From: the human T2T-CHM13v2.0 reference genome, Homo sapiens | DNA length: 64,000 nucleotides | NCBI RefSeq assembly: GCF_009914755.1 | Contig: NC_060929.1 | Strand: one strand, 5' to 3' | Shown: piece after piece, positions 17,835-39,853 of the stretch | How positions within the stretch are numbered: position 1 is the first letter of the stretch | How the letters are laid out: every line of letters starts with the position of its first letter | Made by a program: the position numbers and the translations under genes | Notes under the pieces: model-generated | Databases searched by the model: none | Told to the model about the DNA's origin: nothing | Seen by the model: only the letters and a program-made list of their open reading frames with translations

Positions 17835-18117
17835 GGCCATGCGAGGTGGCTGTAATCCCTGAAATCCCAGCACTTTGAGAGCCCAAGGCCAGCGGATCAC
17901 TTGAGGCCAGAAAAAATTAGCTAGGAATGTTGTCGCATGCCTGTAGTTCCAGCTACTCCGGAGGCTGAGGCACAATAACTGCTTGAATGTGGGGGGCGAG
18001 AAGGGGGTGCGGATGGCGCGGTGGTGGGCGGAGGTTGCAGTTAGCCAAGATCGCGCCATCCGCCACCCACCACTCACTACTGCACTCCAGCCTGGGCAAC
18101 AGAGACAGACTTTCTCT

Positions 18118-18148
<31 letters not shown>
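17835..18148 (+). mobile_element. Rearranged Alu (left-arm deletion, GC-rich inserts in the right arm)
   Basis: Alu motifs with a 30-A tail; 19-bp TSD AAACCTTCC(C/A)CCCACTCCC at 17810-17828 and 18151-18169. Confidence 0.92.
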
Positions 18149-18150
<2 letters not shown>

Positions 18151-18377
18151 AAACCTTCCACCCACTCCCTAAAGTATAATTTAAAATACAGAGGAAGGTT
18201 AGTAATTTCTGCATTTTGGTATTTGAGTTTAGCCAAGTGCACAATTAGAACAGAGCAAAGATTATCTTGCTCTTAATTGCTCCAGTAATACAAACTGGAT
18301 AAATATGCATATGTATATAAAACTGTTTATTTATACAATTCTTCTAAATATGTAATTTTGTGTTTTCAGGTAAAAAC

Positions 18378-18632
18378 ACTGTGTATAATAGAATATGGGC
18401 TTGACAGTCGACAGATCTGGGTTCAAATACTGGCTCTGCTGCCTTCTAGTTTTGTGACACTGGGCAAGTTACTTAGTCTCTCCAAGCCTCACTTTCCTCA
18501 CCTGTAAAATAAAAATAATGATAGCAATTATCCCGTAAGGCTTACATAAATACTAAATTATTACTCTACAAAATCACTTATCATTGTGCCCGCCATATGA
18601 GATGCTCTCAATAAATGCTGGCTTTAATAATA
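18378..18632 (+). mobile_element. MIR
   Basis: CTGGGTTCAAATACTGGCTCTGC...GGGCAAGTTACTTA...CCTCACTTTCCTCACCTGTAAAAT...CTCAATAAATG. Confidence 0.85.
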
Positions 18633-18908
18633 GTGACTATACTGTTTATTTTACTCTCATTAAATAATAGGTATCATTAAGGCAAAGATTATACCATACT
18701 ATGTTATTGTAATTCTATATACCATCTAACACTGCATATATTACTCCCAGGCTTCAGTGACTGCTTTTCAAAGATTTTCTCTCCTTTTTCCTCTGCATGA
18801 GTTACTGACATATCCTACAATTCCCTAGATTTGAATGTCTTTGAAACTTGTAAGGAAAGTCAGCATAAAGCAGAGCTATCACCAAAGATTTATTTGAAAT
18901 TTGAAAAA

Positions 18909-20391
<1,483 letters not shown>

Positions 20392-20731
20392 GAAATTTGA
20401 AAAACAAAACCAGAGCCAGAAACAGAACAAATATTTTGTCCAAATTCTTGTAATAGAAAAGGTTTCCCCATCCTCTAAAGCTAGAAGCCCCACCCTCTAA
20501 AGTCCTTACATACCAAAGCCAGAATACTAGGACTATGCATAACCATGTTTAATGTGTTCATTCATTCTATAAAATACCATAGCAACTCCACTGTCTTCGA
20601 CAGGTAGTTGTCTATCTATCTTCAGTGTTTACCCTCTTTCCACTGGCAATGCAAAGAATCTGCACTTCTGAGTTGGGAAGATAAGACATGAACATGAAAC
20701 AATTTATGAATTCTCTTGGAGGTAAGGCTCA

Positions 20732-20889
20732 TTTTTTTTTTCGACAGAGTCTCGCTATGTCACCCAGGATGGAGTGCAGTGGCATGATCTCTGCTCGCTG
20801 CAACCTCCGCCTCCCAGATTCAAGTGATTCTTCTGCCTCAGCCTCATGAATAGCTGGGACTACAGGTGTGCACCACCACACCTGGCTGA
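20732..20889 (-). mobile_element. Alu right arm (5'-truncated)
   Basis: T-tail, GACAGAGTCTCGCT...GGAGTGCAGTGG...CACCACCACACCTGGCT. Confidence 0.92.
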
Positions 20890-21019
20890 GGCTAAATATT
20901 CTTAGAGAACTTTCATCTCTTTAGAATCTAATGGTGTTGGAAGATAATTACATTTGTAAAAGTAGAAACTGTGGACTTATAATCACAATAACTAGGGTTC
21001 CAAATTTTGGCCAGAATCA

Positions 21020-21460
21020 TAGCCTTCTCTTTACTCTTCTCCCTACATTTACTCAGTTCCAGTCCATTCTAAACTTGGCCACCAGAGTGATCTTTCAAAA
21101 CATAAATTTTACTCTGTCATAATCCTGCTTAAGACCTATCATTGATGACCCATTAGAAATTGAAATCTAAACCCTCAGACAAATATACAAGTTATTCTGG
21201 GTCAGCCCTGTCATATGTACCTCAGCCTCATCTCTAGCCACTGCCCTTCTACACCTAAACCTTGGGCAATATGAAACAGTACAGGCTCACATGGCTGTTC
21301 TTTCTCATGGCCTCTTGCCCTGCTACCTGCCTCTTCCTCTGCTTAGAATACCCTTTTCTCTCCCTTTTCTCTCCCTTCAGAGACACTCTTAGTTACCTTT
21401 CAGATCCAACTTCAAATGTAACATCCACAGGAAATCTTTTGACAACTTGAGATTAAATAA
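21020..21460 (+). mobile_element. L2 fragment
   Basis: AGTCCATTCT...CCAGAGTGATCTTTCAAAACATAAA...CTTCAAATGTAACATCC motifs; probably resumes at about 22200-22355 (AATAAATGTTTACTGAATGAAT). Confidence 0.65.
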
Positions 21461-21472
21461 GATTCTCTTCAA

Positions 21473-22150
21473 TCATTAATTCAACAAATATTTGAGCACC
21501 TACTGTGTATCAAGTATTACTCTGCACTCTGGAAATCAAGCAGTAATCACATTAACTACAGTTCCTCCTGGATCTTACTTCATAATGGGGATGAAAGAGA
21601 ATAAACATATAAGTAAAACACGTAAGTAAAAATAAAATGCATAGTACGGCAGAAAAATAAAACAGGCTAGGGGATCTAGGGCACCCTGACTAGTGGCATA
21701 GTTGCTGTTAAACAGGGTAGTCAGGAAAAATCTTTAATGACACAATGAAATTTAAGCAGCAATCCTAAGGAAGTGAGGGAACTAAGCAGGCGTATGTCCA
21801 GAGGACGAGTGTTCCAGACTGCCAGAACAGCAAGTGCAAAGAACCTGAAACAGGGACATGTTTCGTGTGTTTTAGGAACTGGAAAGCATGCCCATGTGCT
21901 TTAACTCATCAGGGGCAGAGTGGTGATGGAAGATGGGAGAGATGTGTTGGGTCTTTCACCTTGTAAGCCTTGTGCAGACTCCACATTTACTGTGAGTGAA
22001 TTGAGAAGCCACTGGGGGCATTTGTGCTTAGGAGTGTCATGATCCAACTTATGTTGAAATGCATTACTCAGGTTTCTGCCTCAAAAGTAGACTATATCGA
22101 GACCAGGAAGAAAACTGATGGTTCAGTTTTAAAAATTTACAATGGCTTGA
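21473..22150 (-). mobile_element. L2 fragment (3' end)
   Basis: ATTCAACAAATATTTGAGCACCTACTGTGT...GAACAGCAAGTGCAAAG...GAGAAGCCACTG. Confidence 0.75.
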
Positions 22151-22436
22151 AGGAAAGATAATGGGGCTTCCTATATGTTCCTTTTGCCTGTTAACCATAA
22201 GTCTAGCCTGCCATTTTCCTACTCTTGTAAATTTGTCTTGATAAAACTATGATTTCCCTAAGAGAAGAAATTGGCCTTTTATCACTCTATCAGCAGCGTT
22301 TTACAAAAAACTTGCCATATTGTAAAATTCAATAAATGTTTACTGAATGAATAAATCTATTAACACAAACTTTTAAAGACATTCATACCCTGAACATTTT
22401 TTATATCATGTTTGTGTTTAAAAAAATTTGGTTTAA

Positions 22437-25972
<3,536 letters not shown>

Positions 25973-26381
25973 AAAAAATTTGGTTTAATTGACTAGTAGA
26001 AAAATCAGTATGATCTTTTGCTTTGTCAGATAGTGGCCTCAATTCTATCCAGTAAAAACATTAAAGAATATAACTGGGGCTGTGAGCCAAGCTCACAAAT
26101 GGCAATTGAAATAGTAAAGGTAATAGATTTTGATAAGTATATTAAATGAAAACCATCAATAATGTTCATAAAAAATGTAAAGTGACATTAATAAATAAAT
26201 ATCTGTTTCATATTATTAAGGTCAATTGAGGAAAAAATCTAATTGTGGTAAATATATAAATAAGTATTTTGGCAAAAAGCATTTGAAATTTGAATGATAA
26301 TAAAATGAGGAAAAGTCTATGACTCAAGGAAAGTTTTAATATTCTAGAACCTTACAGCATCACAAAAAAAGCATTTGTTTA

Positions 26382-26890
26382 TGTATTAGTTTGCTATTGC
26401 TGCTGTAACAAAATACTACAAACTTACTAGGTTCAAACTACACAAATTTATTACCATATTTCTGTAGGCCAGAAGTCTGACACAGGTCTCACTGAGCTAA
26501 AAGCCAGGTATTGGCAGGGTTGCATTTATTCTGGATGCTCTAGGGGACAATATGTTTTCTTGCTTTTCCAGCTTCCAGTGGCTGGCTGTATTCCTTGGTT
26601 CATCGCCCACTTCCTTCAAATTCAAAGCCAGTAATTGCAGTTTGAGTGCTTCTCACATTATATTATCCTGTCCTCCTCTTTTTCCTCCCTCTTCCATTTT
26701 TAAAGACCCTGGTATTTATGTTATTCCCACCCAAACAATCCAGGATAATCTCCCTAATATAAAGTCAGCTGATCAGCAGCCTTAATACCACTTCAATTTT
26801 AACTCCCTTTTGCCAAGTAATGTACCACGTTCACATTTCACAGGAATTTGGACACAGAAATATTTGGGATTCATTATTCTGCCTATCACA
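26382..26890 (-). mobile_element. MaLR solo LTR (MLT1D-like)
   Basis: TGTATTAGTTTGCTATTGCTGCTGTAACAAA...AATCCAGGATAATCTCCC...ATTATTCTGCCTATCACA. Confidence 0.88.
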
Positions 26891-28989
26891 GTATAATACA
26901 AGTATATCAATGAGAAGGCATTTAGAGAAACTCGTGGCATATATTGAAGGCCACATTACAAATAAAAAGAAAGTAACTATGAAGAAATTTCAGCATGAAA
27001 CTTTACTGAAATTAATAATACTTCAAAAGAGTTACATCATATCTGTACTAAACATCTAGGATATTTTAAGTCTGTTTTTTTGTTTATTCAATCTCCATAA
27101 CTTTGTAGATAATATCCATCAATGTTTATAAAACCTGGAATATTTTTTAATAATGTTATTTTTGAATAACTTTTGCTCTAGCATAAATGATCTAAACACA
27201 CACCCATGCACACACATACACACACAACAATCATAGAGAAAGAGAGAAGAATTAGTGAACAAATTTGGAATAATATGCATTTTTAATATGAAATGCATTT
27301 TCACCTACCCATTGTAAAAATCATTTTATAGCTAGTACTCAGTGCTGTAGGGAATACAAAGAAATTATCTCTCTCCTACCCTGGTGGTGGAACTGTTAGT
27401 TTCAGCATTCTTTCTGTAAAGAATTCAGCAATAGAAACTTTCAAAATCTCTGGGTTTTTTTGCTCTAAAAATCCCATTTAAAGAAAAATCTATCCTACGT
27501 ATGAAACAGAAATGTGAAAAAAATTCATTACAGTGAAATAAAAGATCAAGAATTGGAAATGACATAAATTATGGCATATCTATGCAAGGGAACACTATAC
27601 AGTCATCAAAATTAGGTTTCTAAAATTTTTAGTTTTATGATAAAATATGATAAGTAAAAGTCTTGCAAGTCATATTATATACGCATTATGATTTCAACTA
27701 CATGAAAATACACATGTATGGGCAAATGACTGAAACAAAATATTATGTGGTAGCTTCTAAGTGATGTAATTTTGAGAATTTTTTATCCTCTTTTCCTAAT
27801 TTTCAAATGGGCTTATACTTTCAGAAATGTATACTTTTTAGAAACAGTACTATGCATTTGAATTAATAAGCCATGTTTTCATACAAATATTTGATCATCT
27901 CCTTCTGGCATTTTCTTCTCTTCCCTGCCCTCTAATCAAGCACAGAGTAACTGATTGGAGTTAAGGCTTTGTTTTACAAATCAAACAAATTAAATGAAAA
28001 AGGTAAAAGTTGTATCTCTACCCATTTCTCTTTTAATTTGTGAACTAACTTCTTTAAAGTACTAGTAACTACAATCCAATGCCATTTTGGATTTCCTTAC
28101 ATCAGTTTCAAACAGATTCTGTTTTCCAGGAATCCCCTACCTTATTCTCTAGCTAGACAGTAAAAGTAACATTTTCAGAAAAACAAAATTTTTAACTCTG
28201 CAAGTCAGTTTTTTAAATTTCAGATTTATTGAACTATTATAGCATCCTGTGATATCTGACATATAAAAATTTAAAAGGAAGAGTAAAAGAAAAATAGAAG
28301 AAAAGTAAATGTTTGCCTCTTTGTTCATTAAAAAAGTAATAAAATAACAAAATGTCTTTTATTGTCAAGCTTAAATAAAAACCAAAGGCCAACATTCAAA
28401 ATCATCTTAGCTAATTTGTTTTTCACACCTTATACATATATATTTGTGTATATACATACACATACTGTTATTTTCAAACAAGAAGTAAACATAGTCTATT
28501 ATCAGAAAATCAGTTTAGGAATCCAACATATTCTCCTTTACTACATGCCCTTTGATAATCAGTTTTCTCCCACTTAAAAAGAAATGGTGTACCTGCCTTC
28601 ATTCATTTAAGGTCTCACCTTGGTGCACTGTCCTGATGTATAAATTTCCATGGTGCCTATCAAAGGACAACTTGAAATATTGATATTTATAAAGACTTCT
28701 TAAATTGAGACACCATAAATGTGTGATAGGGTTTGCATCTTGCCTTGCATTTATTATACCCATTTCCATCAAAGGCTAAGAGTGGAATTCTAGACAGGAC
28801 AACTTGGCCCATACTGGAATGTTTTGAATTTAGATATACTGTGGAGAAGGGTAGCAGGAATGAAGACCATTTCTATTCATTGCTCCACTTTGTCCCTCCT
28901 CTGCGTACTGACATTGCTCCTGAGAGAGAGTCCTCAGAGGGATTAGGCACAAAATATTGAAGGTGCAGCCACTTTACTCAGTCTAAGTG

Positions 28990-29695
28990 ACAAACTTATT
29001 TTAAGATGCAATCCCTGATTCATCCATCAGAATCATTTCTGGTTATCATGGGAAAATATATCAATTTTTTAAATTTCAATCGAAAAATGAAATCAGACAT
29101 TTTGTGACAGAAAGCAAGTCTGTTTTGTCCAATTTGTTTGACAACGAGAATTGAATTTTTCAGCCAGGTTATAAGGTGAACATTTTTCATGAATTGAAAG
29201 ATTTAAGTCTACAATTAAACATTTTGATGGAAATATATATACGTTTTACTTTTTATAAAAAATATGTATTGACACAGATGTATTGAAATAAGTGATATTT
29301 TTATTTTACCAACTCTTTCTGAGTATACTGAGTTAAATAAGGCACCTTTACATGAAAAAGTATCAGGAAAAACCGTCACTTGACAAGCCTTGGGAAAGCC
29401 TTTATGGTGCTTAGAAAGTCAATGGCTAATGACTGGGTTAAATCTTTTGGCAAGTCAGATGACTTCTAAGTTTTTATTTCTAATGAAATTGAAGGCTATT
29501 CTAATCTAACTGACTGTTTAAATATAATCTTACTACTATCTCACTGTGTGATTTTTAAAATAAGACCGCAAAAGAACTGAAAATAGCAACATTCTTCTAA
29601 AAAGTAAGATTTATTTCAATCTACTTATTTATGTTAAAAATATTTATCTGTATTTTTCAACTATAAAAAACAACCAAAAAAAAAAGAAATAAAAT
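28990..29695 (+). mobile_element. hAT-Charlie DNA transposon, transposase relic
   Basis: Degenerate translation near 29035-29220 resembles the hAT motifs (R)WLS and LFDNEN..QLGY..DIF..L..L.LQL. Probably continues at about 30890-31420 after the Alu and L1 interruptions. Confidence 0.55.
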
Positions 29696-29697
29696 TG

Positions 29698-30004
29698 GGT
29701 GGACATAGTGGCAAACGCCTATAATCCCAGCACTTTGGGAGGCCAAGATGAGCAGATCACTTGAGGCTAGAAGTTCAAGACCAGCCTGGCCAACATGGCG
29801 AAACCTCATCTCTACTAAAGATACAAAAAATTAGCCTGGCATGGTGGCACATACCTGTAATCCCAGCTACTCAGGAGGCTGAGGCAGGAGAATCACTTGG
29901 CCCGGGAGACAGAGGTTGCAGTGAGCCAAAATCACTCCTTGCACTCCAGCCTGGGTAACAGAGGAAGACCCTGTCTCTAAATAAATAAATAAATAAATAA
30001 AAAT
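29698..30004 (+). mobile_element. Alu (AluS-type) with (TAAA)n tail
   Basis: Full dimer; CCAGCCTGGCCAACATGGCGAAAC. Confidence 0.93.
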
Positions 30005-30019
30005 ACATGAAATATGTGT

Positions 30020-30276
30020 CTTACATATAATAAATATACAGTAAATATATTTAATATATATTTATATTTAGTATATATTTATAAAATAAATTTATTATTT
30101 TAAAATATTATATATATCCCCACAAATACATTTATATATATTGCTCATATGTGTGTGTATATGTGTGTGTATATATCAATATCTATATATATCTATATCT
30201 ATATATGTATATATATCTATATATATCTATATCTATCTATCTATATATATAATCTATATATATAGATTATATATAT
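30020..30276. repeat. AT-rich low-complexity / (TA)n-(TATC)n tract
   Basis: TATATA, TGTGTA and TATCTA runs. Confidence 0.85.
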
Positions 30277-30329
30277 TCCTCTTTCTCCACAAATACATCA
30301 TGGCTTTCAAAACAAAAAAAATCCTTTAA

Positions 30330-30879
30330 GGATCTAGAACTAGAAATACCATTTGACCAAGCAATCCCATTACTGGGTATATACCCAAAGGATTATAAAT
30401 CATTCTACTACAAAGACACATGCACACATATGTTTATTGTGGCACTATTCACAATAGCAAAGACTTGGAACCAACCCAAATGCCCATCAATGTTAGACAG
30501 GATAAAGAAAATGAGGCACATAGACACCATGGAATACTATGCAGTCATAAAAAGAAATGAGATCATGTCCTTTGCAGGGACATGGATGAAGCTGGTAACC
30601 ATCATTCTCAGCAAACTATCACAAGAACAGAAAACCAAACACCGCATGTTCTCACTCATAAGTGGGAGTTGAACAATGAGAACACATGGACATAGGGAGG
30701 GGAACATCACACACCAGGGCCTGTCGGGGCTAGGGGAGGGATAGCATTAGGAGAAATACCTAATGTAGGTGACGGGCTGATGGGTGCAGCAAACCACCAT
30801 GCCACGTGCATACCTATTTAACAAAACTGCATGTTCTGCTCATGTATCCCAAAACTTAAAGTATAATTTAAAAATTTTT
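30330..30879 (+). mobile_element. L1 3' fragment, L1PA7/8-like
   Basis: ORF2 C-terminus (30430-30672, ends ISGS), GGAGAAATACCTAATGTAG 3'UTR; 12-bp TSD AAAATCCTTTAA at 30318-30329 and 30880-30891. Confidence 0.93.
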
Positions 30880-31918
30880 AAAATCCTTTAAATGTTTTTC
30901 AAAATTTATAATATTTGCATATTAGTTTGATCAATTATGTACTACTAATATAATTTTTATCATAATTAAAACCTGACAAAAATTTTAACATAGTTTTATG
31001 ATTATGGGAAATAGAGATTTTAATTTCAATTAATACATTTTTGTTGCATATAATTAAGATAAGCTATACAATAAAATATTTTCAAGCAATAAAGTGTATT
31101 ATATTAGGTTAAATCTGACGGAGAAAAATGGATGACAGTATGAGTTCAAGAAAAATAACTGCCAACTATTAAGACATATTGTTCAGATTTTTTAAATGGT
31201 TGATGGTGGGTTTGATATCACTGTGGTATTTAGATTCCATTTGGATTCCATTGTTCCCTTTCTGTTGTATAGTTTTAGTTTACAATGGCAATATTTACAA
31301 TAAACTGGAAACTATATCCTTTGCAACTCTTTAAAATAAGAAGGAACAATTTAGGCAGCAGCTTAACATTGTGTAAAGGTATATACAGAGATCACAGGAG
31401 AAAAAAGTTAGGGCCACATTAAAACTTTGTGTGTCTCCTTCATTTTGAATAAACAGAAGGGCAGTCACCCAGAAAAGATGTCTAACCAGATCCTTCATTT
31501 AGGCAAAGATTTCTACAGATTGTTGCAGTAAAGACTAAATAACATTTCCATCTATGACCATAAGTTGGATGTAACAAGGAAGGAGAGCTTTAAGCCAATT
31601 TTAAGTGAAAGAAGGGGAAAAAAAAAGATTTCCCTGAAGACTGCTAACCACAAATAGTTTAATGGCTAAAAGTTTGCTCCTACCACATGATTTATGATAT
31701 GCCTAGACAAACCAAATAAACCAGAGTTCAACAAGCACAGTTCCTTTGACTGATGCAATCCTTTTGACAGACTATTTGGATATCCCCATATGGTAACTTG
31801 AATGGTTGGAAGATGACTATGGTTAATACAGCTAAATTACCGAAAATGGTGGGTTAATTTGGGGCCACACTTAAGCCAGGGCACATAGCATACCTGTGAA
31901 ATATCCAGGTGTGCATGA

Positions 31919-32297
<379 letters not shown>

Positions 32298-32349
32298 TAA
32301 ATGACTTGAGCACTCCTCTTTTGACAGTGACTAAACGTAAGTGTTTTAA

Positions 32350-32825
32350 AAGGCTTGTTCATGCATTTGATTTCTTCTTTCTTTTATGTTGTACTGAGAT
32401 ATGTACAAATTGCACAAATCTTAATTGTAGACCTTGAATAAATTTTGAAATGCATATGCATATGGAACTTCCATACAGATAAAAATGTAGAATATTACTA
32501 ATGCCAGAGAAGCCTCTTCTTGCACGCTCCCAGTCATTTTCAATCTTCTCTACCCCACCAAAGGTAGGCACTATTCTTCTAGGTAAGTTTAACCTACTTT
32601 TTGAACTTCATAGAACAGAATTATATAATAGATGCTCCTTTATGTCTGAAGATTGAAAAAACAAGTCAAATGATATGAGGGTAAATTGGCAATACATATA
32701 TCCGACAAGGAACTTGTACCCAGGATATAGAAATAAAAATCAATAAGAAAAAGACAAAAAATCCAATTTAAAAACAGGAAAAAGACTTGAACAGGCTCAT
32801 TGCTAAAGAGAACAGTCAAATGATA
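32350..32825. mobile_element. Old L1M fragments (mixed orientation)
   Basis: ATATCCGACAAGGAACTTGTACCCAGGATAT...AAAGACTTGAACAGG (sense ORF2-like) next to an antisense L1M 3'-end-like stretch. Confidence 0.5.
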
Positions 32826-33680
32826 TTTCATGCATCTTGACTATCCTCCTTTTAAGTCCTGATAGTAAAATGTTGCTGAGTTACTCAGGGTGTGAAAACA
32901 ATCTGCTGTAGAAACCTTAGTTTTAAGGCAATTGTAGCTTTCATGTGAGGAAGAAGGAAGGAATTTAGCTACTGTAAGCATATATGCATCGAAAGCTGTG
33001 AAATCAGAGCTTGGCCTAAAATATAAAAAACATACACACACATTTATGAAAGAGGAAATTATATTAACTTTAAGAATTCTTCTACTGACCCAGAAATTTT
33101 GAAATTTAAATTATTTTTTAAATTGGCTGAAATCAAGTCTTGGAAAATTAGTGATGAATAAAGAGATTGAGTAACACACATTTCCTTAAAGGAAATAGAA
33201 GTGATAAATATCAAGTTATAAGAAAGCACTGTCAAATTTAAAATACATACAAAAATAAGAAAAACATATATTTGACAACATAGGAAGAGGTTAAGGGATA
33301 TGATTAGTTAATACAATGATGAACAGTTTCAAAGGCCAAAAAAGTCACTTCCTATTCCTGGCATCCCTTTTTCTTTCTTCCTTTCTTCCCTCTTTCTCTT
33401 CTTTTCTTCCTTCCCTCCTTTCTATGCTCTTTATTGCTAAATGCTCTGCTACCTTTGATCTTGATTTTTCCTCATACTTCATTTACAATAACACATCCAT
33501 TCTGATAGTGATAAGAAAGAATGCAGATTTTAATCTCAAAAGATTGTTTATTCAAATTAGCTAACATGTTTTTCACATATTCATAAAACATCTGTTGAAC
33601 ATCTATGCTGAAGGCACTGTGTAAGTAAAATGGAAAGCAAGATAAATAAAGCCTCTGACCTTAAGAAATAAAGAGTCCAG

Positions 33681-34574
33681 GGGAGGAGCCAAGATGGCCG
33701 AATTGGAACAGCTCCGGTCTACAGCTCCCAGCGTGAACGACGCAGAAGAAGGGTGATTTCTGCATTTCCATCTGAGGTACCGGGTTCATCTCACTAGGGA
33801 GTGCCAGACAGTGGGCACAGGTCAGTGGGTACACGCACCGTGCGCGAGCCGAAGCAGGGCGAGGCATTGCCTCACTTGGGAAGCGCAAGGGGTCAGGGAG
33901 TTCCCTTTCCGAGTCAAAGAAAGGGGTGACGGACGCATCTGGAAAATCGGGTCACTCCCACCCGAATACTGTGCTTTTCCAACCGGCTTAAAAAACAGCG
34001 CCCCACGAGACTATATCCCGCACCTGGCTCGGAGGGTCCTACGCCCACGGAGTCTCGCTGATTGCTAGCACAGCAGTCTGAGATCAAACTGCAAGGCGGC
34101 AGCGAGGCTGGGGGAGGGGCGCCCGCCATTGCCCAGGCTTCATTAGGTAAACAAAGCAGCCTGGAAGCTCAAACTGGGTGGAGCCCACCACAGCTCAAGG
34201 AGGCCTGCCTGCCTCTGTAGGCTCCACCTCTGGGGGCAGGGCACACACAAAAAGACAGCAGTAACCTCTGCAGACTTAAATGTCCCTGTCTGAAAGCTTT
34301 GAAGAGAGATCTCCCAGCACACAGCTGGAGATCTGAGAACGGGCAGACTGCCTCCTCAAGTGGGTCCCTGACCCCTGACCCCCGAGCAGCCTAACTGGGA
34401 GGCACTCCCCAGCAGGGGCACACTGACACCTCACACGGCACGGTATTCCAACAGACCTGCAGCTGAGGGTCCTGTCTGTTAGAAGGAAAACTAACAAACA
34501 GAAAGGACATCCACACCAAAAACCCATCTGTACATCACCATCATCAAAGACCAAAAGTAGATAAATCCACAAAG
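33681..34574. promoter_or_regulatory. L1 5'UTR bidirectional promoter with intact YY1 site
   Basis: CAAGATGGCCG at 33690-33700; CpG-rich first 500 bp. Sense and antisense promoter activity is established for this family, not shown for this copy. Confidence 0.8.
33914..34129 (-). CDS. ORF0: L1 ORF0, intact 71 aa
   Basis: MAGAPPPASLPPCSLISDCCASNQRDSVGVGPSEPG...RCVRHPFL has the canonical ORF0 length and sequence. Confidence 0.85.
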   Translation of the reverse strand: MAGAPPPASLPPCSLISDCCASNQRDSVGVGPSEPGAGYSLVGRCFLSRLEKHSIRVGVTRFSRCVRHPFL

Positions 34575-35591
34575 ATGGGGAAAAAACAGAACAGAAAAAC
34601 TGGAAACTCTAAAAAGCAGAGCGCCTCTCCTCCTCCAAAGGAACGCAGTTCCTCACCAGCAACGGAACAAAGCTGGATGGAGAATGACTTTGACAAGGTG
34701 AGAGAAGAAGGCTTCAGACGATCAAATTACTCTGAACTACAGGAGGACATTCAGACCAAAGGCAAAGAAGTTGAAAACTTTGAAAAAAATTTAGAAGAAT
34801 GTATAACTAGAATAACCAATACAGAGAAGTGCTTAAAGGAGCTGATGGAGCTGAAAACCAAGGCTCGAGAACTACATGAAGAATGCAGAAGCCTCAGGAG
34901 CCTATGTGATCAACTGGAAGAAAGAGTATCAGCAATGGAAGATGAAATGAATGAAAAGAAGTGAGAAGGGAAGTTTAGAGAAAAAAGAATAGAAAGAAAT
35001 GAGCAAAGCCTCCAAGAAATATGGGACTATGTGAAAAGACCAAATATACGTCTGATTGGTGTACCTGAAAGTGATGGGGAGAATGGAACCAAGTTGGAAA
35101 ACACTCTGCAGGATATTATCCAGGAGAACTTCCCCAATCTAGCAAGGCAGGCCAACTTTCAGATTCAGGAAATACAGAGAACACCACAAAGATACTCCTC
35201 GAGAAGAGCAACTCCAAGACACATAATTTTCAGATTCACCAAAGTAGAAATGAAGGAAAAAATATTAAGGGCAGCCAGAGATAAAGGTCGGGTTACCCTC
35301 AAAGGGAAGCCCATCAGACTAACAGCTGATCTCTCAGCAGAAACCCTACAAGCCAGAAGAGAGTGGGGGCCAATATTCAACATTCTTAAAGAACAGAATT
35401 TTCGACCCAGAATTTCATATCCAGCCAAACTAAGCTTCATAAGTGAAGGAGAAATAAAATACTTTACAGACAAGCAAATGCTGAGAAATTTTGTCACCAC
35501 CAGGCCTGCCCTAAAAGAGCTCCTGAAGGAAGCGCTAAACATGGAAAGGAACAACTGGTACCAGCCGCTGCAAAATCATGCCAAAATGTAA
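34575..35591 (+). pseudogene. ORF1: L1 ORF1p with one in-frame stop
   Basis: MGKKQNRKTGNSK...; TGA at 34962-34964 (CGA to TGA); the same frame continues to QNHAKM. Confidence 0.96.
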
Positions 35592-35639
35592 AGACCATCA
35601 AGACTAGGAAGAAACTGCATCAACTAACGAGCAAAATAA

Positions 35640-39471
<3,832 letters not shown>

Positions 39472-39683
39472 ACAATGAGATCACATGGACACAGGAAGGG
39501 GAATATCACACTCTGGGGACTGTGGTGGGGTGGGGGAGGGGGGAGGGATAGCATTGGGAGATATACCTAATGCTAGATGACGAGTTAGTGGGTGCAGCGC
39601 ACCAGCATGGCACATGTATACATATGTAACTAACCTGCACAATGTGCACATGTACCCTAAAACTTAAAGTATAATAAAAAAAA

Positions 39684-39853
39684 GAAGAAGACAATTTATT
39701 TATCTGTTCCAATGATGGGCATCTAGGTTGTTTCCAGTTTCTAATATTGTAAATTTATTGCAGTGAATGTCCTGATACTGTTTTTTTGCTCCACTGTGTA
39801 AGAGTTTTTCTATAATAAACAGCAGGGGAGAAAGTGGGAAGGGAAAAAAAAAA
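39684..39853 (+). other. L1 3'-transduced segment with its own poly(A)
   Basis: Lies between the L1 tail and the 3' TSD (39854-39871); AATAAA at 39814-39819 and A-run from 39844. Confidence 0.9.

Noticed and set aside
39526-39547. G-rich tracts in L1 3'UTRs
   Set aside because: Standard polypurine/G4 feature of all primate L1s.
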